Positions 11,395 through 25,180 of a stretch of 64,000 nt of DNA are shown in pieces. This DNA comes from Tubulanus polymorphus. Its lineage: Eukaryota; Animalia; Nemertea. The stretch lies in assembly GCF_964204645.1 (NCBI RefSeq), contig NC_134032.1, positions 10,466,275 through 10,530,274 of the forward strand, written 5' to 3'. The notes below the pieces were generated by a model. It made no database searches. It was not told the DNA's origin and saw nothing but the letters and a program-made list of their open reading frames with translations. Position numbers and translations under genes: made by a program. Numbering within the stretch: position 1 is the first letter of the stretch; every line of letters starts with the position of its first letter.

Positions 11395-12333
11395 ATGAAT
11401 AAAACTAACAACCCGAGAAGCCCATATTCTATGGTATGGATTGGCATTGCGTACATCGTACCTACGATAGTCCTAGTCGGTGTTATATTCAACGCGATGG
11501 TTATCGTCGTATTTCACAAACTGAAAACTAAAAACCGCTGCTTCGATTTACTGAAATACCTCGCACAAGTCGACATTATGTTTTTGCTGGCAACGTTTAT
11601 CACGTTCTCAGTTCGTTATTACATCCACTATGCGTGGTATGGCGAATCTATCATGAAATTTCCTAATTACCGAATTTCTCCGGTGTACTTAAATATATGG
11701 GGAAGTATGTTTTCTAAAGGATTTCTGGTGTTTCGCAATTATTTGACCGTCATAATTCAATGCGAAAGATTGGTAACTATCATTTTTCCGCTCCGCGTAA
11801 AACGTAGCTTGAAGCCACTTGTAATCTTAACGGGTTTATTATCGATGGCTTTAGGTGCTTACTACCCGATTTCAATGAGGGTAAAATTGTCGCGCGGATA
11901 TAAACAATTTCGGTTTGTTCATTACGTTACTTTCATTCCGTATAAACAAATTCATAATACAATGAACAAATACATCGACCCGATCATCCGTGTTTTTATC
12001 TCAAACATTTTAGTTTTCGTTGCAAACATAGCTCTCATTATTGTTTTATGCGTCAGGAGTGAGCAACGCAAAACTCTGTCAGCGACCAAGATTTCATCGT
12101 CTCAAAATCAAACGAAAGCCACTAAAATGGCGCTTACAATGAGTTTCGTATTCGCCATTTTAGAATTTCCGGGATTCCTCGGTAAGTTCGGAAGAGGTAC
12201 ATCTTTTAGTAGATTATTTAATGACATTTACGGATGGACATCGATTCTCAATTCATGTGTGAATTTCATACTTTATGTAATCGTAAGTAAACAATACAGA
12301 AATACGTTGTTTCAGTTATTTAAAATCAATTGA
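11395..12333 (+). CDS. Intronless class A GPCR, subtype A, inverted copy (312 aa from MNKTNN)
   Basis: Same motifs; start assigned by alignment with paralogs rather than the ORF-track start at 11269. Confidence 0.9.
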   Translation: MNKTNNPRSPYSMVWIGIAYIVPTIVLVGVIFNAMVIVVFHKLKTKNRCFDLLKYLAQVDIMFLLATFITFSVRYYIHYAWYGESIMKFPNYRISPVYLNIWGSMFSKGFLVFRNYLTVIIQCERLVTIIFPLRVKRSLKPLVILTGLLSMALGAYYPISMRVKLSRGYKQFRFVHYVTFIPYKQIHNTMNKYIDPIIRVFISNILVFVANIALIIVLCVRSEQRKTLSATKISSSQNQTKATKMALTMSFVFAILEFPGFLGKFGRGTSFSRLFNDIYGWTSILNSCVNFILYVIVSKQYRNTLFQLFKIN

Positions 12334-13200
12334 TTTACCAGACGATAGGAACGGTAGCTTGTGACGTATCATCGTATGCTGTTCGAATCCTAGAAATTGG
12401 AAATTTTTGTCATTGAGTCATTGACTCCCGAGACTATACATGCTATACATGTTCATCATCGTGGTCACAGCCAACTGTTACTTTACATAGTTAACCAGTA
12501 ATTTATCACTTTTTCTATTATTTACACGTCAAAACAAGATACTTTCACTTAAAAGATTTGATAGATTTTGAAATTCATATTTCAAAAGCAATAGTTTCAC
12601 TTAGATTCAATTTCAATATATATGCTTTAGCTAAGAAAAATGAAGTTAGGTATAGGAATACTGAAAATCGTCGATATCAAAATTGGAAATCTAAGAAAAG
12701 AAAAATCTGTGGATTGGAGAATTTGAGAAATTATTTGAAATTGTAAGCTCATGTAGTTGTCACACTAGGAGCTTCGTGGATCACAGTGGTGAACTGCTGA
12801 TCTGCCTTCGAACTCAAACGATATGAGGATTTCTCAAGTTGTTGTGGTATAAATTGAAGTACTAATACATCACAGACATCTCTCTACATCCAATCAATGT
12901 ATATCAATGTATACAAACTTTACGGAAACGGTTTATACGGCGTCAAAAACTATGATACTTTGCGTAACGTCTTAAACGGAACCTTGCAAAGTCTATTGTG
13001 GGATCAACTGGACAATGACATCGTCACGCAAAATTAATACATGTTACGAACCGACGGAAAATGTGCGCAATCTTGTCGAAAAATAACAGTGACGAATGTG
13101 GTTAGAAAATCACGAATGTATTCAACTACGTTATTGCTTACAAGGGCTCAGATGATCTTAATTGTTTCCTTCGGGATGTTCATTTTCGGTGTCATGGCGG

Positions 13201-16200
13201 TCAGGTTTCGGTTCCTTTGTAGCAGACAAAATGTATATTTTCGTCACAGCTGACGTCGGAGATGCGGTTGATCGCTGATTCGTCACCTCCGACGAGTAAA
13301 GCCACGCATGCGCCGTCATCAGGTTTTCCAAAGGCCCAGTTCAGGTATTCCACCTGAAATTTGAAGAAAATGAAAAATGATCAATTATTGGTTATTGAAA
13401 CCGAAAGATCGGATTTCAGGTTGAACTCACGTCCCAGGTGTAACCTCCGTTAGGTTTCGACTCGTGGGAACCAATCCAAACATCGCACGACGACAGCGCT
13501 GAAATTTTGAAATGATGTTTGATTGTGAGCAGGTTAAAAATGAATGAAATAAATTCAGTCCCGTAGCAATATATAATGATTTACTTTTCATGCATTCATT
13601 TTACAAAATTAATCGAAAAAATGCTGCAAAACAGCGACGGGTTTCTGCTTTGCTGCATCATTCATATATAAACCTTAAAAGTTATTGCAAAACCCTACTA
13701 TTACTTTCGATATGAAAAGGGAACTATGAGACTATTGAATAAAAGTGAACTTCAATGTCGGATTCAAACCAAGAACTTATACGAATGAAGACAGCTCTCA
13801 AATAATATAGAAAACAAAGTAAATTGAGTACGGAGAGATTTTAATTCTGCAAAGAGTAATCCTATGCTATGTTCATTGTATAAAAAGCCTACCTTTAACG
13901 GCGGTGTTTTCTGCCGGTGTAGTAATATGCACGAGACCGGTTCCTCCTAAGTGACGACATTTCTTAGAGGCAGACGACCACGACAGCAAATCGTGAATCA
14001 CTAGATGTCCTTTATTACCGAATCGACTCCACGAACTGTCAGAACAAAGCGAACCTATGGATTCAAATATTTACGACTTAAAAACCTCGTGTATATCATA
14101 GACGATATTGTGCTTTTATATGGGAAAAAGAAGTGAATTTATTTGATTTAGGTAGATGGCGCTATTAGGTTGATTGTACCCTGGCATTGGCAGACGGCTT
14201 TGAGTTTAACGATGCAGTCCTCAGTGTTCCATAAACCGTCGCTGTGTTGGAGAAATGCGCATTCGGCATTATTCGGATCAGCTCCGGGTTTATTCGGCAT
14301 CCAGTTTGTGTATTGCAGCTATAATAGAATGCCATACGAGATATTGGGCGAATGTAATGTTTCCAGATGAAGCTAGTATCGATATATTACGTGACACGGT
14401 GGCACACATTTCGATCATTGAAGCCTGAACGAAATTAGGATAAGTTACTACAACCTTATGATGCCCTCTTAATGCCTGGGAATTTCCATGGGTAAGTGAA
14501 ATTGTGATATGGTTTTTAATGACAGCCTTTTCGATTTCAACTTCAATGGCTATGTAAAACCCCATGACTATTTTTTCGATAAACTATAAAAGTGAGCCGA
14601 TACTTCGCTATGTCAACAGATGGTGCATTGGTATTACATTGGACGAACCCTACTTTCGGTATGTATCATCGTAGTTCCATCTATTGACGATAGATGGCGA
14701 TTACCCCTATATTTTACCTTTGATGTGTAGCTACCGTCGTCATTCCGTTTCACTCCAATTAGTGCCTTATAAATAGACCCACGTTTAAGTTCATCTAGAA
14801 TTAAGATTTAACTTTTGATTTTTTTTTTTCGAAAGCCAACTTCGATATGGTTCATTCATTATAGGATGACTGGAGTTTTCCAAAATTTCTACTCTTTACT
14901 TCAGCTCATTCAAACACCTGCTGTGATTGGCGTGAAAACAAAAATACGTCATCAGTAGAGTTATGGAAGCCTCCATCTTTTTTTCGTGTAAACTCACTAG
15001 CAACAATAAGAGATTCCGCCTTGTCAGTCAATACAGCGGGCCACGCCCCCAAACGCGCGCAAACATTGCCGACCAAACTCCCTAAAGTGGCTACCGTCGA
15101 AATGATGTAACAATGATTTCCGCCGCCATGTATCCATCCGCTACTGCACGGACCTACAAGTAAACGCACTATTTTGTTAAAAACTAACCCCAAAACTATA
15201 ACAAAAAAGAAGATGGCGCATACACACGCAAAAATACCGATGCACTGAAAAATTGTTACCAGTTTGACAACGATTTCCCGTATATCCCTCAGGACATACG
15301 CAGTATACATTATAACCGGAAATAGCCGTACACGAGCCACCGTTTAGACAAGGATTCACGCTGCATGGGCCACCTGTCGGCAAAATAGAGAACGAATTTA
15401 GTCTAGTTCAAGAGTTTCAATTAACGAACGATCTAAGACGAAATTTTCTATTTGCAACCTGACATTGTATCTTAATCTCACAGGAAACGAAAATCATTAG
15501 TAAAATGATTAGGCAGTAATAACTGACGGATATACAAAAAGCCTACCGCGTTCACAGTTCTGTCCATGGTAGTTGTTCTCACAAACACATGTATGGCCAC
15601 CACCAAAATCAATCAATTTACACGTGCCCCGGCTGGAGCACGTGATTCCCGAACAAAGACCTATCCGTGTGGTAGAGAAAAACGAGTCACACAATCAGGG
15701 GTTTCTTGGAAAGAAAAAGTGAACCGTTTAAAAAGATAAGCGTCGTACTTACTGTTTTCGCAATACGTGCCGGATGTTCCTGTCATGCACATACACGAGG
15801 GAACGTACGTGCCCGTCGATGTCTCCATAACCGTACATGATCCGAAATTCTTACACGGGCTGCATACGCACTGAGCTGTATAGAATCATCAGAAAGATTT
15901 GGGTGAAATCGATTGGTTCGTCACGGTAAACGCATTTTGCAAAAGGATATACCTCGATTCATCCCTATTTTCGTATTTAGGCGGCCACTTGGATCACGAA
16001 CGATTATGATCTGTATGCGAGACTTAAACAGAATCGATGTTGCGCAAGTCTCTCGTCGATTGTTCAAGATCCAAGATGGCTGTTAAAAAAGACTTACGTA
16101 CTAGCACATAGGACCCAGTTCCACAGTCTGAGTTTTCTGAGATTGTACTCAAGAGTTAAACTCAATGAAAATGAACTGACTTTACCCACTGACAGTTAAC

Positions 16201-16852
16201 TCTAATTCACAGTTTTGGTGCTGGATTCTGGTCACTTACATTTTACTTGAACTGCTATTCCGTTATTGCCGTTAACACGTGCCGTTGCAACAGCAATGGC
16301 GTCGAACATCCGGCAGGTGGTGCTGTCTGCCACATACTCGTATCCCAAACACGAATGGTCGGCAAAACAACTATTTTCACATAGCATCGATTCAAGAAAC
16401 TGTTCAGAGGCGAAAACCCTAGCATCATACTTCAAATATACAGTACCAAATTTAGCCGCTAGGAAAGGAAACAAATATAAAACAGAGGAGACAAATATCA
16501 AAATCGAAGATATATTTCAATCTAGGCCCAAATTGTAACCTCCATGGCTGCATCCTAAATCCCATACACAAACATGCCCTGAAAAGCCACTAGAATAGTT
16601 CTAGATTATCGGAATTTTCTGGGGAGGGGCCCTGTATAGTTGCCGGTCTGCACCCCTCCTTGAAGAAACCCTAGATCCGCCTGTTTGGGCATACGTCTTT
16701 TTGGAAGACGGAAGGTAATTTGATGATGCCGTTACGCTCGCGTATACGGCATAAATGGCATTAGACTCACGAGTATCGAGATGTACATTGATTGTTAACA
16801 CCGAAACAATGATAAACGTCACGCCGAACGCTAACAGGCTTGTCCTCAACAT
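13201..16852 (-). CDS. Secreted PAN/apple + 3xEGF + 2x C-type lectin domain protein, copy 1 (11 coding exons, 468 aa)
   Basis: Exons 16852-16771, 16458-16240, 15875-15753, 15660-15547, 15373-15260, 15153-14998, 14794-14718, 14318-14180, 14054-13893, 13498-13431, 13353-13201; all GT-AG and in frame; signal peptide; EGF CxNGGxC..CxCxxGYxGxxC; CTL YTNW..EC..W...C and VWIG. Confidence 0.85.
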
Positions 16853-17199
16853 TATCTTAAAAACCAAAAAAGTACATTGCAAATTTTAGAAAGATTTACA
16901 AAGGGAATTTAGTTTGAAGGACAATATAAATACGTACCTTTATCAGCAATATTTTGAATGGATAAACTTGTTCCGTCTATCAAACCAACATTTCCAACTA
17001 CTCCAAATTCCACGCGTAAATTCTTCTTCGTTTTTAATGATGAACACCAGCTGGACCGGAAGTCATACATCCAACCTGGTGCATACTTAATGTCTGTATA
17101 TATATATTCACATCACATATATATTACATCACATATATATCTAACTGAAAGATGGTGTCTCCCACTTGAGAAATTACCGCTAAGGCCCACATTGTTTTG

Positions 17200-17640
17200 A
17201 ACCAGGTCCTAGAAAATTGGCACTGGATCCAATTCAATCTACTGTTCAAAGCGTTTAATTGAACTGACCCAGTTTACATTTGCCTTAATCTTATTCAACG
17301 CTGAGTCTCAGTTCCACAATTATTGTAGATCTTATTTTTCTATGGGTCCAGTTCCACAGTTGTCTGGCTTTCATTTGACACCGGACCCATTTCTACAGTT
17401 AAGTGGATTTGAGTTTTTCTGAACCCAGTTCTGCAGTTGTGTGGCTTTAATTTGACTCTGGGTCCAGATCCATAGTTGTGTGGGTTTCATTCGACTCTGG
17501 AGCGCTAGTTCCACGGTTGTGTGGGTTTGATGTGACTCTGAACCCAGTTCTACATTTGCGTTGGTTGAATGAGTCTCTGAAACCCGTTGCACAATTGTGT
17601 GGGTTCAATTTGACTCATTCATCCAGCCAGCTCCACCATT
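17200..17640. repeat. Degenerate ~40-bp minisatellite (ccagttccacagttgtgtgggtttaatttgactct family)
   Basis: Repeated ccagttccaca units; same family at 22860-23340 and, inverted, at 53900-54770. Confidence 0.7.
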
Positions 17641-18612
17641 GTTTGGTATTTTGGATTACGTTGTCGTAAGACCAGAACATTACAATTGACACATTAAATT
17701 CATCTGTTGTACTTTTTAATCGCAATTGATTGTGTACAGAATATCGTGTAGTTGTTTATGTCGCTTATGTGCCAGGGTATCCTACGAAACCCATTAAATC
17801 AAAGTCCACAGTTTGACTTGCATAAGAATGCGGATGATAAACAATGATTTGACCACCTAAAGCAAAAAACCATTTCATTATCATTTGACCTGATGAAATT
17901 GAAATTACTTTTTAGTCAAAGATCAATCAATTGCGTTGGTAGGTACCGAGGGACTGAGTAGTATAATCTATTTCTAAAACAAGTTCCATTATTCCCATCG
18001 AGAAGAATCCGTTGTCGACAATAAATAATACAGAAAATCATATAATATCAACGATCAATAAAGTTATTTTAGGTTTGAACATTTATTAATGAATTGAATT
18101 GACCGGCAACCAGTCTAGTCCCGATATATTGATGATGTAGCGCGCATCTTACCAAAATGATTATCAAAATCTTATCAAAATGAATAAAGGGTTCTGATAT
18201 ATATTTAATAACAAAATTAACCTCAAAATTCAAAATTGGGATTGTTATTTCGAAACGCCAATATTGATTACTTTGTGCACATCGACTCACACAGAACCAT
18301 ACCAGAATAAGAATGCATACCAGATAAAAATGTACACAATCATTATTTTTACGGTTTTTACGGCGTCAAAATACTCCGATTCTTTACGTAACGTTTCAAT
18401 AGGAACCTCGCAAATAATTTCAAAGCCTATTGTGGGATCAAGTGGACAATGACACGGTCACGCAAAACTAATACATGTATACGAACCAACGAGAAATGTG
18501 CGCAATTGTTTCGAAAAATTAACAGTTACGACTATGGCTAGGAAACAATAAGGAAGTGACGAATGTATTCAACTATTTTATTGCTTATATGTGCTCTAAG
18601 TATCAAAATTGC

Positions 18613-21600
18613 TTATGACAGTCCTTCGGTTCCTTTATAGCAGACAAATTGTATATTTTCGTCACAGGTGACGTCAGAGATGCGGTTTATCGCTGATTGG
18701 CCACTTCCAACGAGTAAAGCCACGCATGCGTCGTCACCAGGTTTCCCAGTGGCCCAATTCAGGAATTCGACCTGAAATTTGTAGAAAATAAAGAATTATC
18801 AAGAAGTATGATAAATGAAACCGACGGATCGGATTTCAGGTTGAACTCACGTCCCAGGTGTAACCTCCGTTAGGTTTCGACTCGTGGAAACCAATCCAAA
18901 CATCGGACGACGACAACGCTGAAATATTTTTTGAAATAATTTTTTTTCTGAACCAAGGCAGATGCGCAACTGTATAGGTTTAATATGAATGAAAAAAATC
19001 AGTCCCGTAGCTATGTGATCATTTTCTTCTCATGTATAAATTTTACACACTTGGAAAAAGGCATTGATTAAAAGATGGCCGCAAGGCAGCGATAACGGGT
19101 TTTCTGCTTTACAGCATCATTGATATGCAAAGCTTTGGAAGTTATTAGGAATAGAATAGAAATTAAACAAAGTTTTTTGTCGAGGTTTCAAAGAACCTGA
19201 TAGAACTGGTACATTTACTTCAATGACTCATATCAAAATAAAACCGTACAAATTACTTTTGATATGAACAGGCACTATGAGACCATTGAATAAAAGGTAA
19301 CTTGAATTGACGTGTACCGGATTCACAAACCCAAAGCTTATAAAGATGAATTCAGCCCTCGAATCAGAAGAAATATGAAGTAAAATCTGAATAAGGATAA
19401 TGTTGATTCTGCCAAGAGAAATCCTATTACATTGTATAAAAAGCCTACCTTTAACGGCGGTGTTTTCTGCCGGTGTAGTTATATGCACGAGTCCGGTTCC
19501 TCCTAACTGACGACATCTCTTAGAGGCAGACGACCACGACAGCAAATCGTGAATCACTCGATGTCCTTTATTACCGAATCGACTCCACGAACCGTCAGAA
19601 CAAAGCGAACCTATTGATTTAAAAATTAACAACTTAAATACCTCGTGTATATCATAGACGATATTGTGCTTTTTAGGATTTCAATTGAATTGGGTAGATG
19701 GCGCTGAATTGATTGTGTACCCTGGCATTGGCAGACGGCTTTGTGTATAAGGTTGCAGTCCTTAGTGTTCCATAAACCGTCGCTGTGTTTAAGTAATGCG
19801 CATTCGTTTTTATTGGCATCAGTTCCGGGTTTATTCGGCATCCAGTTTGTGTATTGCAGCTATAAAAGAAACACCAGAAAATACCAGACGAGAGATATGG
19901 CGAATGCAATGTTTCCAGGTGGAGCCAGTATCGACATACGAAAGACGGCGGCACAAATTTCTCTCTGAAGTTAGGATTAGTTACTATAACGATGGCCTAT
20001 TGATACCTTCATGATGTTTGAGGATTTTAATGGTTCAGGGTGTTTAAGGTTGTGATATGACGGCCTTCTCATTTTCGATAAACATATGAGCTAATATACA
20101 TTTCGCTTTGTCAACAGATGGTGCATTAACATTAGATTAGATGAGCCTTACTGCCGGTATGCGTCATCGTACGTAGTTCCACCTATTGACGATAAATGGC
20201 GATTACTCGTATAGTTTACCTTTGATGTGTAGCTGCCGTCGCCATTCCGTTTCACCCCAATTAGTGCCTTGTCAATAGACTCACGTTTAAGTTCATCTAA
20301 AATTAAGAGGTAATATTTTATTTTTTCGGAAGCCTACTAACATGGTTCCTTCATCGAGATGACTGGAATTTTCCAACATTTCTTCTCTTCGTTTCAACTT
20401 ATTCAAACACGAGAACAAAATACGTCGGTAGAGTTATGGAGGTCTCCATCTTTTTTTTCGGGTAAACTCACTAGCAATAACAAGAGATTCTGCCTTGTCA
20501 GTAAATACAGCGGGCCACGCTTCGAAATGCGCGCAAACATTGCCGACCAAACTCGGTAAAGTGGCTACCGTCGAAATGATGTAACAATGATTTCCGCCGC
20601 CATGTATCCATCCATTACTGCACGGACCTACAAATGAACGCACTTATTTTGTTAATCTGAAAATGGACTCCGAAAGTGTGGCGCATACACATGCAAAACT
20701 AACGAAGCACAGACAAATATTTTACCAGTTTGACAACGACTTCCCGTGTGTCCCGCAGCGCATGCGCAATGTATATTATTACCGGAAGTAACCGTACACG
20801 AGCCACCGTTTTGACAAGGATTCACGCTACACGGGCCACCTGTCGGCAAAATAGAGAACGAATTAGTCCGGTTCATAAGTTGAATTAACGAACGATGTAA
20901 CGTCTTCACATTTTCTAATTACAACAACTATCTTAATTTAGTAGGAAAGTTGGTCTTAATTATCCTTTTTTCCGTCATTTAGGGATTAATGAAGGAAATA
21001 TAAAAAGCCTACCATGTTCACAGCTCGGTCCATAGTAGTTGTTCTCACAAACACAAGTATGGCCACCACCAAAATCAGTCAGTTTACACGTGCCGTGATT
21101 AGAGCACGTGATTCCCGAACAAAGACCTATCAGTGTGGTAGAGAAAAACACGTGATTCAGGAGTTTCTCGGAAAACAGAGTACATAAAACAGAGTTTACA
21201 AAGATGAGCGGCGTACTTACTGTTTTCGCAATACGTGCCGGAGGTTCCTGTCATGCACATACACGAGGGAATATGCGCTCCCATTAACGTCACTATGACC
21301 GTACACGATCCAAAATTCTTACACGGGCTGTTTACGCACTGAGCTGTATAGAATTATCACGGAGATTGTACGTTAATTCAGAAAAATGGGTCAATTTGGT
21401 CGGTTCGTTGCGGTTAAAGATTTTCAGGTGCATTTACGTAAGGATTTTTTATCTGTTTGTTTTCGTATATAGGCGGCTATCTTGGATCTCGAACGAATTT
21501 GATCATCACGCGAGACTTAGAAAAAATCTATGTTGCGCAAGTCTCGCATCCATTGCTCAGAATCCATAAAGGCTTTAAAAAAAAATCTTACCAGCACAAA

Positions 21601-22488
21601 GAACCCAGTTCCACGGTTCAGAGTTGAGATTTGACTCAAGAATTAAAAAAAACTCAATGAAAATGAACTGACTTTACTCACAGTTAACTCTAACTCTCCG
21701 TTTTGGTGCTGGATTCTGGTCACTTACATTTTACTTGCACTGCTATTCCATTATTGCCGGAAGCACGTGCTGTTGCAATAGAAACGGCGTCAAACATCCG
21801 GCAGGTGGTGCTGGCTGGAACATATTGGTATCCCATACACGACTGGTCGGTATAACAACTACTTTCACATAGCATTGAGTCGAAAAACTGTTCAGACGCG
21901 AAAACCCTAGCATCAGACTTCAAATATACAGTACCGAATCTGACCGCTAGGAAGAAAACAAAAAGAAGACATATCTAAACTAAATCTGTCGATTGCTCAG
22001 AATCTAGGACACATGATGGATTGTGGCCAAATTTCAACCTCTTCTTCCTAAGATCCTCTACACCATGTATAAAAAGTGGTCTGAGTGTCATTGGTGATTT
22101 AGGGAACGAAATGCATGAGATTGGCAAAGAAAATATATAGGCAGGAAATCGATGTAGCTAAACGATATCATAGGAACATTTTTTGGAGCAGCCGTATCTT
22201 CTCTTGAAGACGGACGAGGCAACTTGATGGTGTCATATGGACTCAGAGGCATGCATTTTTGGAAGGTGGAAGAAAATTTCATAATGCCGTGAGGATATTC
22301 ATTTAGGCAATTAATTCGGTGATGCCGTAAGATTTAGGGGATCTATCGATTGAAGTAGTGATCGTCGGGGAAGTGTACACGTAAATGGCATTGGACTCAC
22401 GCGTAGATAGATGTGCAGAAACGTTGATTGTCAACATCGCAACAATGATAATGGTCACGCCGAACGCTAACATGGTCGTCCTCAACAT
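18613..22488 (-). CDS. Secreted PAN + 3xEGF + 2x C-type lectin protein, copy 2
   Basis: Same exon series and splice sites as copy 1; ends CYKGTEGLS-stop. Confidence 0.85.
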
Positions 22489-24530
22489 TATCTAAAAAAC
22501 CGAACCACAAATAGTATTGCAAAATTCATTTCTGTAGACGAGACTGGTTTCCTAAGACTCAAAACGAATAATACTTAAAGCTTTAAGCTTCATTTACAGA
22601 TTTAACAAGACAAATTTACTGCGAGGGTCAAACGTACCTGCATTAGCAATATTGTGAATAGATAAACTTGTTTCGTCTATCAAACCAACAACTCCAAATT
22701 CCACGAGTAGATTCTTCTTCGTTTTTAATGATGAACACCAGCTGGACCGGAAGTCATACATCCCACCTGGTGCATACTTAATGTCTGTATATATATATCA
22801 CATATCTAACTGAAAGATGGTGTCTCCCAATTGAGAAATGACCGCTATCGCCTACGTTGTTTTGATCCAGTTCCTAGAAAATTGGCACTGGACCCAATTC
22901 AACCATACAGTTCCGAGCGTTTAAATGAATTGACCCAGTTTACATTTGCCTTAGTTCAGTTCAACGCTTAGTTTAATTCGTCTCTGAATCTAGTTCCACA
23001 ATTATTGTAGATTGTATTTTACTATGGGCCCAGTTCCACCTCTGTATGGCTTTCATTTGACACTGGGCCTACTTCTACAGTTAAGTGGAACTTCTACAGT
23101 TAAGTGGATTTGAGTTTTTTGAACCCATTTTTACAGTTGTGTGGCTTTGATTCAAATCTGGGTTAAGTTCCACAGTCATATGGCTTTCATTTGACTCTGG
23201 GGCCAGTTCCACGGTTGCTGATGTGGCTCTGGACCAAGTTCTACATTTGCGTTGGTTATATGAGTCTCTGAAACCCGTTGCACAATTGCTTGGGTTCGTT
23301 GACCCCAGTTCTAGTAGTGTAGGTTTAATTTGACTCGTTTATCAAACTCCACCATTGTTTTGTATTTTGACTAGCGTTGTTGTAAGACCAGAACGCTACA
23401 ATTTACACATTAGATTCATCTGTTGTACTTTTTAATCGCAATTTATTTTGTACGGAATATCATAGTGTTGTTTATGTCGCTTATGTGCCGGAGTATCCTA
23501 CGAACCCATTAAATCAAAGTGCACAGTTTGACATGTATAATGTGTACGGATGATAAACGATGACTTGACCACCTGAAGCAATAAACCTTATTATTATCAT
23601 TTCACCTGTGTATGCAGACCATAATGTTTTAATATCAACTTTGTTTAGTTTATCAGCTGGGAATGACGGGGTGATCGCCTGGGCCCAGTAGAGCTGTCCA
23701 ATCTAGTGTCCAATCTGCCCCACCATCTAAGATTTTTGTTCAAGTAACTGTTATTTGTTCGGAAACCTGGCAGTGTCAAGGTCATATTTATTCAAAACAG
23801 TTATAAATCACAGTTGAATGAATGAATGAATATATTTTCTCAAATGTATAATACATAATAACATAGACATTACAATTAGCATACATGATTACTGAATATG
23901 TACATTCAAGCAGGACACCCCCGAGCCCTAAGGGCTGCACCTAATTGGGGGGGGGGGGGTGCTCTCGTATGATTTGATAATTGATAGTTGAAATCTTCAG
24001 AATAAGAAATCTTCAGAGTGTGTTTACTTTTAAATAATTAGGAATTATGTTCGAAATATACACTGCCACGCAACAGCTTACGTCCTTGTTCAGTGCTACA
24101 CACTCACAGGTGCAGTTATGGGAACTTGCCACCCAGGTATGAAACCCGAAACCTATCATATAATAGAAATACATCTTTTAGCATAATGCGATGTAGCTAG
24201 AATTAGTTTTTTAGTCGTTTCAATGCTTTTTTCAAAGATACTTTGCATTTTTACTTAAGAAATTGGTAATCAGCGATTTGCCTCGTTTCGTCTTGACGAC
24301 TTTCGGCAAAATGTGAGGTGGTCGTGAATCTGGTGACTCAAGATCGTCCAAGATCTGGCTCTTGATAATAGTAGGATGTACGGGAGGAGCGCCTACTTTA
24401 TAATAACAAAATCAAATTAAATAGAGATAATTATCATAGCAATGATAACAAAGAAAATAATGATAATGGTAAATATAGCTGCATAGCAGCGATAACGGGT
24501 TTTCTGCACAGTCTTGAATCCTGTTCAACG

Positions 24531-24720
24531 GTGGATTTCGACAAAGCATTTGATAAGGTTCAACATCAGCCATTACTAAACAGGCTATTAGAAAACGGTA
24601 TCAATGATAGGTCGCTCAAATGGCTCAGCAGTTATCTCTAAACGAAAACTTGTAGCCGAAATCAACGGAATCTTGGAATAAGTCGGTCTAACTAGTGGAG
24701 TCACGCAAAGTAGTATCCTA
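24531..24720 (+). mobile_element. Decayed non-LTR retrotransposon reverse-transcriptase fragment (CR1/L2/Jockey-like)
   Basis: VDFDKAFDKVQHQPLLNRL...LKWLSSYL*...ING...GVTQSSIL matches the DFxKAFD..H / GVPQGS RT motifs, with a stop and frameshifts. Confidence 0.75.
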
Positions 24721-25180
24721 AGTCGACAAGAAAATCTTGTTCGAATGAAAACAATTCTGTTTGATCGAACAATACGCTTTTTGTTTGAACCAAAATTTTC
24801 TTCATTATGACAAAAATATGTTCGAATAAAAAGCTATGTTATTGTTGAAATGAAGAACTTTTTGTCCCGGCAAATAAATTTGGTTGAGCGAAAACAACTT
24901 CTTTGGAACAAATGTTTGAATGAAAGCAATTCTGTTCGATTGAACGAAATACTTTTGGTTCGGAGAAAAAACTTTTTATAATATACTTGTTCGAACGAAA
25001 AACCTTTCGTTTGGACAAAAAAAAGTTTGTTCAACTTTGTTCTAACGATTTTCAAATTGGTTCAATCGAACAGAATATTATTGATTCGAACAAAATAAAT
25101 TTTGTTCCGACGAAAGGATTTTCAAGCGAAAGGTCTTATGAACGAAAAAAAGATATTTCTGGGGCTCCGCAGTAACTTAA

